DNA of 64,000 nucleotides, from positions 17,865,045-17,929,044 of the forward strand of contig NC_092680.1 in assembly GCF_964355755.1 (NCBI RefSeq), given 5' to 3'. The translations under genes were made by a program, and so were the position numbers. Positions 52,497 to 64,000 of the stretch are shown here, one piece after another (within the stretch, counting starts at the first letter, position 1; each line of letters starts with the position of its first letter). Origin of the DNA: Antedon mediterranea (Eukaryota > Animalia > Echinodermata). The notes under the pieces were generated by a model, which did no database searches, had not been told where the DNA came from, and saw only the letters and a list, made by a program, of their open reading frames with translations.

Positions 52497-52939
52497 GTAA
52501 GTTTGATAATAAATCGGTAATTCATTCACGTCTACCTTCGGGGTATGATTACCCATTTGATTACATCCGTAACTTTAATACAATTGAGTATGTCATTATA
52601 TACATACAATAGAATCAATATTAAGGGGACATCTTTGGGACCCAAAAGTGTTCCCTTAATACGGTTAACTGTAGTGTTAAAACATATATTTCTCCTCATC
52701 TGTTTCACATGAAAGTGGTCTCTTAATAAAGTTAGGGTGGGGATTGAATGTAGTCTTAAAAATATATTTTTATCCTAATTTGCTTCACCAAAAACCTGTC
52801 CTCTCGATAGTGTTCCAAAGGAGGGCTTCCATTAAAAACAGAGACATGATTTTATTGTGTTTCCTTTACTACCCTTAATTGCAAGAACCGATTGTATATT
52901 TTTGATGTTTAAATTAAACTGTATTTACTAAATTATGTA

Positions 52940-53702
52940 TAGTCGTCTCCGCCTAAGTTGAATCTAATGGGACCGGTATAAAAATTCGAATTACGCGAAC
53001 TTCGACTTACAGATTTGCAAAAAAAAAATGCTAGGCCTAGGTTCACTTACTAGCCGCGCTATGGCTAGGCCTAGTGGACCCTGCCCTGTCGCGATCGCGG
53101 CCCACGCGATGAGCCTTCTTGAATTGAGTTTGCTTAGCTAGCTAGCTACTAGGCCTAATAAATGCTAAGCCTCTTTATCGGCAATGTTTTTTCTTTATGG
53201 TTTAAGCCCGAAACAATACAAAAACGTATAATAAATACATTTCGGTTCTTATTCGAAATTGGTATCCATTTTTTATTGCCATCTGTCTAGCACAAAATAG
53301 GTACCCACAAAACGCCGCTCAAGTTCTCAACTCTGAAACAACTCATACACTATACACTAGAGCGCGAGTTGTAGGACGCCGCCTATACTATACAACCTGC
53401 TTGAGAGAACCGATATGGTCCCACATTATCCCCTCTGTCGTTTGTTTAACGAATTACGTACGTTTCATCGGCTTTTTTAGCGCGTTGTTGCCTCGTAATT
53501 TGTGACTTCGACTTATACGATATAAATCACTAAAGAATGTGTGTATTTGGACCGCAAAAAGACGTCGACTTAGACGAATTTCGACCTAGAAAAATTCGAC
53601 TTACAAATAAAAATTACACAGTAATGTATAGGAAAGAATTGGGACTTTCCTAAAAATTCGATTTTTCGACTTACGCGAATTCGACTTAGGCGGAGTCGAC
53701 TG
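52940..53702. mobile_element. Tc1/mariner (pogo-like) MITE
   Basis: TA|(C)AGTCG.CTCCGCCTAAGT ... ACTTAGGCGGAGTCGACTG|TA; subterminal TTCGACTTA repeats. Confidence 0.85.
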
Positions 53703-53947
53703 TATATGAAAACTGAAAAAAAATATATACAGTGACAGCTTTTGTTTCGGATTGTAGACAGAGGGAAATGATATTCTCCTAGTACAAACTATCAATCTGC
53801 CCATGTATATAACAGTTAGAGGGAAATGGCAAAATCAGCACTGTGGTCATGCTACAGAGTTTTCAGACTGATAACACACATAAACTCCCTAGAAAGTAGG
53901 AAGCCTTTACCATTTTTCCCCCTGACTGTACTGTCATTATCTATCAT

Positions 53948-54199
53948 AACACACTCCTTAGATCCACTTCTGGGGCTTGTAGAACAAGGCCAGACCATGA
54001 GTTTTAAACTGATGCCTGTCCTTGCTCTTGTGCCCAGCAACACTCATGTTGTTCAATCGGAAGTGCTTGAGTCATTAGTGTGTAACAGTAATATACCTCC
54101 ATTGCTGGAACCATTGATCATTGTGCAGCGTTTGACTGTGTGTTATCACACAGTTTGAATGTCATTTCCACAATGAGCACTCCAGTGATGGGGACATCC
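53948..54199 (+). ncRNA. SNORA53: SNORA53-like box H/ACA RNA, copy 2 (CCT3 intron 7)
   Basis: Near-identical to copy 1; similarity stops right after the ACA box. Confidence 0.82.
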
Positions 54200-54351
54200 A
54201 TTTAATTTATAAAGGTTTTCATAAATTAATTTTTATTGTTTTATTGGAAGAATTCATTGTAAATGTGTATTCCCACACTAAGCAGAAGTGAGAGTAATTA
54301 AAAACCAAAATAGATTGTGGTGTTTCATTGAATAATTTGTTCATGTTTTAG

Positions 54352-54457
54352 GGGTGCATTAGCATGTAGTATAGCACTGAAGGCCGTCAAGACAGTGATG
54401 GTTGAAGAGAATGGCTTTACAGAAATAGACATCAAACGTTACGCAAAAGTAGAAAAG
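54352..54457 (+). CDS. CCT3: CCT3 exon 8
   Basis: GALACSIALKAVKTVMVEENGFTEIDIKRYAKVEK. Confidence 0.95.
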
Positions 54458-54490
54458 GTATTGATGTGCTTTCCTTTCAAATCTTGCACT

Positions 54491-54647
54491 CACAAATGTT
54501 TTCATGTAAAATGATTATGTTGCGATGTGCTTACGTTTTTGTCTCTAATCCCGCACAAATGTTTTCATGTAAAATGATTATGTTGCGATGTGCTTACGTT
54601 TTTGTCTCTAATCCCGCACAAATGTTTTCATGTAAAATGATTATGTT
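54491..54647. repeat. 63-bp tandem repeat, ~2.5 copies
   Basis: CACAAATGTTTTCATGTAAAATGATTATGTTG... repeated. Confidence 0.9.
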
Positions 54648-54669
54648 GGTATTAAGAGCAAATTAGTAA

Positions 54670-54924
54670 TACTGGTTCTTATACAGCACTTAATGCAGAA
54701 AGCATTTAAGTGCTTCATATTAGTACCCCGGTCATGTTTAGATCAAACACGTATAAAACCATGCTGCAATAAATGTTGTGTTTTGACCTTACTAGGTACC
54801 CATTTCTATATCTATGTGAGACAGATGTAAATGAAGTGTCTAATGATACAAGCAATGCAACAATCATTGGATTCGAACTCATGATCAGTCATCAGGCCAA
54901 TGTCCAACACACTGCGCCACACAC
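54670..54924 (-). mobile_element. SINE, same family as 12984-13125
   Basis: TGGCGCAGTGTTGGACATTGG..GAGTTCGAATCC..AAATGGGTACC on the minus strand. Confidence 0.6.
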
Positions 54925-55267
54925 CTTCAACGTGTTCAAATGTTTCATCCTCTGTCTATCCCTTTTCCCCAAATAATCTAGTGCTATATAAATATTCTTT
55001 CTTTAATTCACATGTCTGCTGCCCTCCGTAAAATAAGATTTCTAAAACTCTGTCTGCACTATCAAACTAGTTTGTTGTAATGTGCTCAAATGTGGTAGTG
55101 ATATGACATTATCATGTCCATGTATCTGTACACCACATTTTTTTTTGACATAAAGTTTGATAGTGTAGACAAAGAAGAAAAGAAAACTTTTTTGAAGAAA
55201 CAATGTTGTTTAATATGATTGCTAAATATATTTTTTTCAAAATATTTACATTTACATATTCTTATAG

Positions 55268-55417
55268 ATTCCAGGTGGTACTATTGAAGATTCCAAACTT
55301 CTAACAGGTGTGATGCTTAACAAAGATGTAGTCCATCCGAAGATGAAAAGAAAAATACAAAATCCACGAATTGTACTTCTTGATTGCAATTTAGAATTTA
55401 AGAAAGGAGAATCACAG
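55268..55417 (+). CDS. CCT3: CCT3 exon 9
   Basis: IPGGTIEDSKLLTGVMLNKDVVHPKMKRKIQNPRIVLLDCNLEFKKGESQ. Confidence 0.97.
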
Positions 55418-55760
55418 GTATGTAAACTCATTTGTCATTAGTGATCAGCAAAGTGCGACTGTTCTTGCTGACATGATGATTATTTTAGCTTTGTGTCGGG
55501 GAGCTAAGTTATTGGAAATACTAGTAAACCAGTAATGTGAATTCTTTAACTAATCAATAGCGTTTGTTTTCATGACTGTGCTACTGTTTAGTAAAAAGTC
55601 ATTGTTCGCACATGCAGAAACATAGGCGCCAAATGCCCTTTTGACTTGATAGCTGTGGTGCGTCATTTAAACAAAAGTTAGTTAACAAATTTTGTTATAA
55701 ATATCTTTAATGCTATACCCATTTTGTTATAATACCTTGAATGCTATACCTATTTTTCAG

Positions 55761-55893
55761 ACCAATATCGAGCTGAGTAGCGAGACTGATTTCAATCAAA
55801 TCTTGCAATTGGAAGAAGAGTATATTGAGAAGATATGTAATGAGGTGATTGCATTAAAACCTGACTTGATTTTTACAGAGAAAGGAATTTCAG
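55761..55893 (+). CDS. CCT3: CCT3 exon 10
   Basis: TNIELSSETDFNQILQLEEEYIEKICNEVIALKPDLIFTEKGIS. Confidence 0.96.
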
Positions 55894-57622
55894 GTAAATT
55901 CTAAATTAATATTTGTTCTTATATTTGCAACAGATTGTATACATTTAATACAGCAAAGATACACAACGTAGAGCCTGCACAGTTACTTCTTTACCCTCTG
56001 TAAAGTGGTTTCCAAATGTAGTTTATAAAGCCATCCCATTACAATACCCCATTACCCCACCAAAAACGTACCCCTCCCATGCCATGCTTGATCCCCACAG
56101 TTACATGCATTTCATTCATAGTGGTCTAGGGCATTCATGCAAATGTTACCAAGGCTTTTGTTGTTAATGTAATATTTAAATTTTTTTGTTTTCCTGCTTA
56201 CATATGTATTTTAATAATAATATGACATATACAGCCACTGAAGAAGATTTGTGTTATAAACCACTCTACCTTTTATTTTATTTATTTACTTATTGATTTC
56301 ATTTATCTAATTAATTATTGTACTATAACCTTAGTATAGGCCTAATTGTTTCTATTTTTTTAATGGTGGCCTCTGCTTAAAAGTTTATTTTATTAGACTT
56401 ATTTTAACCACCAACCATATTTATACTTAACTAATTATTTTATTATTTATAAGAAATATATTATGTATTATTTGTGGAAATCAAATAAAACCAACAATGA
56501 TTGTTCACGTTTTATCATTTTTTGTATCATGTCTTTTACCGTTTTAACTTAAATCAATGCAGTTCAATTTTTACAAGAATAAAAGACGGCAAATTCAATG
56601 TTATTTGTATGTGGCATATTTATAACTCCTGCACCCACCTTTATGTGAAGGTTAATAATAAAGTAGGTTAGGAAATTAAATAGTGGGAATTTTATGATTC
56701 ATAATCAATTGGTATTTTGTGTTTATGTAAACCGATGAATGTTTTAGATAGTATTAAATATTGGATTCATATTGCATTACCTGTTTATTCCGTATTATGT
56801 GTTAATTCAAGATGCTTATTCAGCTGTTAACTGAGTATGTGTTTGATTTTAATTGTTTTTCTTTGAAATAATCTGTAACGCTGTCATCGTGTTACTGTTA
56901 TGTGACTTTTAAAACAGCTCATCCTACGAATTCTAGTTACTCTGTGCTTTATATAGAACATTTTAAGAAATGTTTTTATAATGCTAAATCAACCAAGTCC
57001 TTTAGAAATAAATATTGCTCTTTTATTATTCATTTTGTGTTGAAGTATTTCTGAGTATTTTTTTTTTAACACTAGGTAGGTTATTCTTTAACATAGCTGT
57101 TAAAGATAAAAAGTTTATTTTTTTTTGAATATGCTATTTTAATGTCACTTTAGTTTATTCACTTTGACCAAAAATTGAGAAAAAAAATTATTTACCTGAA
57201 GAAAAAACATTGTCAATGGGTTTTTCAATGAGATATTTTGTCTTTTTATAAGTGAGAACATTATTTTTTTTATTTGATTTTCTACAGAAGTGAAAAACTT
57301 TAATCAAAATAGCCTATTAAAAATCTATTTATAGTAATCTTCATTTTTTCATTAATCTTCATGTTTTTGGGGCAGAATATATCTTTAGTTGTTTTAGCCC
57401 TTTCCTTTTATGTAAACATTATTTGTGGGAGGGTGGGAGCATCAGTATTTGACTTGTAATTCTCTTAAATATTTCATTTGACAGATTATTTTCACATTAT
57501 GATTCCATGAATAAACCTATTTATATTTGTTCTATTTGTAAATAGGATTCCGTTTAAAGGTCTTTCGACCTACTCATAGATTTTGTGGTCACCTGATAAT
57601 CTTTTGATTTATTTTCTTACAG

Positions 57623-57704
57623 ATTTGGCTCAGCATTTCTTGATTAAAGCGGGAATCTCTGCCATTAGACGTGTAAGGAAATCAGACAATAACAGAATTG
57701 CCAG
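57623..57704 (+). CDS. CCT3: CCT3 exon 11
   Basis: DLAQHFLIKAGISAIRRVRKSDNNRIAR. Confidence 0.96.
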
Positions 57705-60700
57705 GTAATTTTAAAGATTATATTTTGTTTGTCACATTGATTGCGAGAGAATAGTAGTGTCAGGGATTGCTTTCTCACCTACCCATAGCTCGCACTTGGC
57801 ATACCCACCTTATTCACCTAACAACATATACTTGTATGCTCAGAGCGAGTGGCTAACCGGTCAAGGCAGGGATCCGCGAATTATAAAATACAATCAGCGC
57901 AGGTTCTAGACTCTCCCTGACCATGGTGGTAGAAAAAGTCTTCACAGGGCTTAAAACTAGTATACATCTGGCTTAAGGACCCAGTGTACTTGGCCATCAG
58001 CCCCTGTTGTTCATCTGGGTAGGTACTGCTAGCTACCTTCGGTCTGTAGAGAGCCTCATTTGAAAATCCTAATAATTCTGACTGCTCCGGATCCCTTTTA
58101 GTAATAGAGATTTATCACAGAAACAATAAAAAAAATACTTTTTTGTTTTGCTTTTGTCTGTGCTTTTTCTTTCTGAATGGTGTTGAAATAAATCAAATAC
58201 AATTTTTTAAATGTTACAAAGTGAACCAATCAAATGGCTAGGATACACTTGGGAAGAAAATGTTGGAAGAAAAGCTATGTAGGAAATCCCAAAATACATA
58301 TGACGATAAAAAACAAAGAAAGCACTCGGAAACTGAGTGAAGTACTTGGCAAAATATATCAGGAAAAACATTATTTGAAGTGACGTGACCAATAGATAAA
58401 TTTACCTGAAAATCAATAGGCATGTTCTGCAAGTATATACCTATTAACACCCACAAAATCAGGACAAAAACTTAAAAATTGTGGACGGTATCACGCTAAA
58501 AAACAAAGCAAGTACAATACTTGGCAAGCATTGCCATTTATTAACATTTGTAGTGATCGTCATTGTCTAGCCTTTATGTGTAACAGGATTTAACATATAA
58601 ATCTTCAAATACAATTTTCAGAGTTTCAACTACAATAACGTCGTCATGCCAATCAATCAAGCTAATTAAAAATATCGTGGATATGTATAATGGGAATAAA
58701 CAATTTATTTAATTAATGATGACATTTGTTTAATTCTTCCAGTTTTCTAAACACATTTCTGCTATTTTTATGATGGACAAATAAGGTTTACTATGACTGA
58801 TATAAATAAAATTGTGTTCAAATATACAGCCAGCAAATAAATTATTAGTTAATTTTTAACTGAATATTATGAAAAATCTACTAGCCAATTGCCGGTTTGC
58901 TAGAATGAGTTTTGAGCCCTGCTATTCAATTCGTACTGGTAGAGTAAATTAGTAAAAAACTGTTAAAAATGTTTTTAAATATTTCACGGCCCATTGTTAG
59001 CCAAACAACTGGCTGGCATAACTAAAGGCTACCGTATAGTATCAAGAGACTCTATACAGTATCCCATATGATGATGGTTGCTGTTAGAAGATAGAATACT
59101 ACATGCTGTTTATTGTCTCTAGGCATGATACTGCTTATGGTGGATAAACGGCCTATTGAAAATGGAAATTTAAAAAAAAAAGCATTTATAAAGAAATCTT
59201 TTGTAAATATATTTTTTATGTACTGTAGTATTATTACCAATTAGTTAGAATAGAAAACAACTTTTTTTCTTTATTTTTAAATCATTTTACTAATATATAT
59301 TTGTTTTTCTTTTAAATAAAAAACTATTGGAGTCATCATGTTGTGACTTTTAAAATAACTCAACCCACGAATTCTATTTAATAGTATGCTTTATATAGAA
59401 CATTTTAAGACAAAGTATTGTCCCCCAAAAACATGAAGATTAATTAAATCAGACTTTGAATAGGCTATTTTTTAGTTTAATAAAGTTAATCCCTTCCGTT
59501 AAAAAAAAAGAGGAAAAAAATGTTTTCTCAAGACAAGATAAATGGTAAAATTCAACCAAAAACCCATTGACTGGCAGCCAATGTAATGGCCGCTGTAGTG
59601 TAAATAATTTGCCAAAGTTTCATGTTGTGAAAGTTTCTGGTTTTACCTTAGTGGGTGGATTTTAGTTGAGCATGATATATTTTATAAAGTTTTTTTTTTT
59701 CATTTAAATTTTGGTTTTTATTTATGCAAAATTTCAGATAACAAATTTGCATAAATATTTTCTTATGTAAATTGATTATCAATCTCAGTATCAATTTTTT
59801 TTATCTTATTCTGATAATTGATTGCTTGGTTCATTATTATGCAAATTGAAATTTAGTTTTGTTTGAATTGATGTGAATAAACCTACTGAAGATACGTACA
59901 TACATTTTGCAAACCAATTCACATAAAAATTCTTCTTGTTGAGATAAATTGATAACAGTTTCAAATTCATAAAATGAATTAAGTGATTTCTAGTTCTTTC
60001 TAAATGGCAAGATTGAGTATTTAATATAGGTCTTTTGCCAATAACACTACGTCAGACACGATGTGAATAACAAGCAGTAAATGGCCATTAGTGACCCGTT
60101 GTTTAATGGCTGTAACTGACCGTTGGCTAAGCCATATTAAATTACATAATGAAATATTCATGATTTATTATTAGCGTTTGTTCTAGACATACTGGGTATT
60201 TGCATAGGAAGACTTCAATAAATATTTATATGAATATATTAATTATTATGCAACCAAAAGCAAATTTACAGTTTTACACAAACCATTTGACCTGTCTTTA
60301 TAATATTAATATTCCACTATTCGGTAAACTAATCCGTCAACCTTGGGGTTATCGTCTCATCCACCCTGGGGTAAACCCATGCAACATGTGGTATAATCTC
60401 ACCCACCCAGTGTATAATAGAGTCCCCATATAATTATAAGCCTGCCGCATTCTAATTTGCATTGCAGACTTTTATGATTCTAAACTTATACATTAGGACA
60501 TGGTTTCTTCTGATTTAATCATTTATATATTTCGTAAAAATAGTTTTACAATTTTTTAAGTAGTTTGTTTGATAGATTTTTTCAAGTGTTTTTCCAATTA
60601 ATAAAGATGTATAGCATGTTCTATTGTACATTGCACTGATGATATTGTTTAACCCAACAATGACATTTTTTTTTATCAAAAAGCCCCAAGTTTATTCAAA

Positions 60701-60871
60701 TTCTGCTCCGCTGTCAAAAGTTCAGTAACCTTGTTTACCACGTCACCTTGGTGTCAATCAAGGATTTACGAAAGTTGGAAAAACTATCAAAGAAATCCGG
60801 CAAAAGCAGCAGTTGACATAAACTACTGTACTTTAATGTAATCCTTTGTTTTTCCTTTTTCATTTCTACAG

Positions 60872-60970
60872 AGCATGTGGAGCAACAATTGCCAATCGTA
60901 CTGATGAACTGAGAGAAGAAGATGTAGGTACCGGAGCTGGTCTTTTTGAAATTACTAAAATAGGAGATGA
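60872..60970 (+). CDS. CCT3: CCT3 exon 12
   Basis: ACGATIANRTDELREEDVGTGAGLFEITKIGDE. Confidence 0.96.
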
Positions 60971-61729
60971 GTAAGTACTTTTATCTTAAGAAACAAAATG
61001 TGATCAACTAACTAATTAAGCCCTGTCTACACTATCAAACTAGTTTGACAAACAAAGTGTGGTAGTGATATGACATCATCATGTCCATATATGGGCACAT
61101 CACATAATGTTTGATAATGTAGATAGAGCTTTACAAAGCTTTTCATTTATTTATCCTACTGAATGCAGTACATTGTACAAACAAATTTACTTGGGATTTG
61201 AACCCACGACCTAGTAGCCTGACATTTATACCAATACTTTTAACAAATTTATAGCTAGGATAGAACTATTTTTATCCATTTAAAAAAAAATATAGTTCAT
61301 ATTGTGTCCTAAAATAAGAAAATGGTTTCTTACAAAAGTAAAGATTAGGTAACAGTTTTTGTTTCTTGGTTAAATTGGTTAGAAATGTACATACATTATC
61401 GTAGTCATGATTGACTTTATGATTCTAAACTTATACATTAATCATTGTAATATTTCGGAGAAAACGCTAACCGCTTTAGTTGCTGTTTGACGGATTTTTT
61501 CGAGAGTTTTTCCAACTTTATAAAAGTACTATTTGTATCCATTTAAAAAAAATATAGTTCATATTGTGTCTTAGAATAAGAAAATGGTTTCTTACAAATC
61601 GTAGTTATAACAATGTACAATTAATGTCTTCAATGTAATATCTTCTTCATTTGCTGTGAAGTTGTTGAAGAATGGAAATGATTCTGTATATATTTCTATT
61701 GATTAATTTTGTAAAATGTTTATGTTCAG

Positions 61730-61916
61730 GTACTTTACCTTTATAACTGAGTGCAAGAACCCAAAGGCATGTACAATTATGTTGAGAGGTGCCAGTAAAG
61801 ACATACTAAATGAGGTGGAAAGAAACCTCCAGGATGCAATGAATGTTGCTCGTAACGTTGTTCATGAACCTTATCTTGTCCCTGGTGGTGGCGCTGTTGA
61901 AATGGCTGTGTCATAT
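61730..61916 (+). CDS. CCT3: CCT3 exon 13 (gene continues past the window end)
   Basis: YFTFITECKNPKACTIMLRGASKDILNEVERNLQDAMNVARNVVHEPYLVPGGGAVEMAVSY. Confidence 0.96.
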
Positions 61917-61991
61917 GTAAGTAGACTCTTACAAATAAAGTTACACCACCCCTATTCAGGGAATACTATCTCCTAAAACAATAGGGAAATA

Positions 61992-63671
61992 CAGTCAACT
62001 CTCACAAATACCAGACTCTCTGAAAACCAGAAAATCTCCTAATACCAGACTTTTCTTGCCGACCAAAGGGTCCCAAATTCCTTTTTACCATTAAAAGCAC
62101 ATTCCGAATAACAGACTTATCCGGAAAATAACAGACTTTCCGGAAAACTAGACATAGTATTTGGCTACCCTTTGCAAAAAAGCCGTATACGACGTATACG
62201 GATCGTATACGATTTCACTGTTTACATTATTTCCACTCTGTTGCTCCACAAAGAGTTGGCGTCGTATACGTTTAGCATACGTTCGTATACGTTGTTTATT
62301 CATGAAAAGAATATCGTATACGGGACGTATACGAACAAACTAGGCCATTTATAAATTATAATAGTAGTAATGTACGTAGGAGCTAAATAAAACATTTAAA
62401 TTGTCATTACAAAAAATACATACATAGATCTGCAGTAGCATACTGTATGTTCGATCTATACAATTACAATATGCCTATAGCTAGCTAGCTAGAAGTCATC
62501 GAATTTACTATCTACTTCGGCCTATACTGTAATAACTGCAGGGAAAAATTTCATTTTAAAATTTTGTTTAGCAATATTGCGAATCAAACTGATTTTTTAG
62601 TCGAGAATCATAGTTTTCTATCCTATTTTTTGCTACACAATTGTAGAAATGTATAGCTTTTTGCTATGCTACACTGGCGAAATTATTCCCTAAACTACAT
62701 CCGATTTTTAATTTATTGGCCTACTGTACTACATCCCATTTTTAATTTTTAATGATGAGTTAAAACCCGTAGTCAAAAAATTCTGTTGGTACAACAACAA
62801 TGATGATGGTTGAAAATGATTGAAATATGATGCATCCATGTTATCTATGTGTCTATCTATGTTATCTATGCATGCAGCACACACAACACAGGCATGAGTA
62901 CATGTACACACGTTTTGGGCGATTTTATTTGGATCATTCCATATATATAATAGGGAGCCACATGTATTCTACATTTGTATTAAATCATAATTTATGGATT
63001 TTACTTACTCGTTTTAAATTTACTATACTGCGGGCACACTTTAATATCTATTTATTTATTTCCAAGTACATTAATATTAATTAAAGCACTTTCAAATTAA
63101 TAACAGTACATTTTGTATGATTCACTTATTATTGGAACATACCAAAGGTAAAGAAATAGCAGAGGGGATAAACAAGGCGGAACGGCCTGGGTTTTTATGC
63201 TTGATACAAAAATAACGTCTCGTAAAATACAGCACCAATTTTTTTTATTCGCGAAAACTATGAACTATACAGTGAATTTAATGTACATATACTGACTGAA
63301 AAAACAAACAAATTGTACACTAATTAATAATATTGAAGTCAAGATGCGCCTGGCTAGCTGCCAACGTAAACGTACGCTATCGTCGTCTTGTAAAAAGAGG
63401 GACAGTCCCTTTTCGCTTGGTAATATGATGTAGTTTGTATACACGCGTCGTATACGGATCGTATAATTAGGAAGTTGTTTATAAATGATCGTATACGGTT
63501 CGTATATGTTTATTATGCAGGCAGGAACTTCCGAATTGACGTATACGTTTCGTATACGAAGTGGACTTCCTATACGAAACATAAACGAAACGTATGTAAA
63601 TCGTATACGTTCGTATACGGCTTTTTTGCAAAGGGTAGCCCAAAGGTGTTCGGTATTGAGAGAGTTGACTG
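61992..63671. mobile_element. Tc1/mariner-type MITE containing a nested element
   Basis: TA|CAGTCAACTCTC ... GAGAGTTGACTG|TA. Confidence 0.75.
62168..63635. mobile_element. Nested TIR element with CGTATACG subterminal repeats (EnSpm/CMC-like)
   Basis: TIR CCCTTTGCAAAAAAGCCGTATACGA, TA flanks, many palindromic CGTATACG motifs in both ends. Confidence 0.8.
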
Positions 63672-64000
63672 TATATGTTATAACACAACATAGCAACTAA
63701 CCTCTATTCAGAGAACATCCATAATAAAGAGAGTATAGTTATTAGTATAGAACTATTTTAGGGTACCACTTTAGGTTTCAGCAAAGTGTCCCCTTAAAGC
63801 CTGTTTTCCTGTCGACGTAAAGCCTGTTTTCCTGTCGACGTTATTCGATGCTATCGTTAACAATAATCGGCGATCTTCTACGTAAACATTGAAATGTTAA
63901 CGATTTACAGGAAAAGGTACTCGCTATCGTTATCATTTCAACTTGATCGTTTTCAAACGATCGTCGTTGAACTGTTAACGATCAACGACGATAGCGTCGA

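Noticed and set aside
55430-55680. Possible snoRNA in CCT3 intron 9
   Set aside because: Hairpins and an ATGATGA are present, but no well-placed D box or H/ACA pair.

Overview
AT-rich animal (most likely marine invertebrate) genomic DNA carrying two head-to-head, intron-rich genes. On the minus strand is the 5' part of an MCTP-family gene (multiple C2 and transmembrane domains): exons 42601-42631, 33860-34281 and 726-1044, plus at least three short candidate alternative N-terminal exons inside a ~33 kb intron. On the plus strand are the first 13 coding exons of the chaperonin subunit CCT3 (44240-61916), whose introns host two near-identical SNORA53-like H/ACA RNAs. The big MCTP intron holds a young, nearly intact Gypsy/Mag-type LTR retrotransposon (18566-28245, 5-bp TSD). 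Its 5' LTR was hit by a 3.4-kb MULE-like foldback element (10-bp TSD) and by a 5'-truncated L2-type LINE. The rest is a dense set of MITEs (Harbinger-, Kolobok-, hAT-, Tc1/mariner-, Academ-like), SINEs, LINE fragments, a 15-bp satellite, and a Helentron/HINE-like composite enclosing two tRNA-Val copies. All calls were made by eye from motifs and recalled family consensus sequences; no database searches were run.
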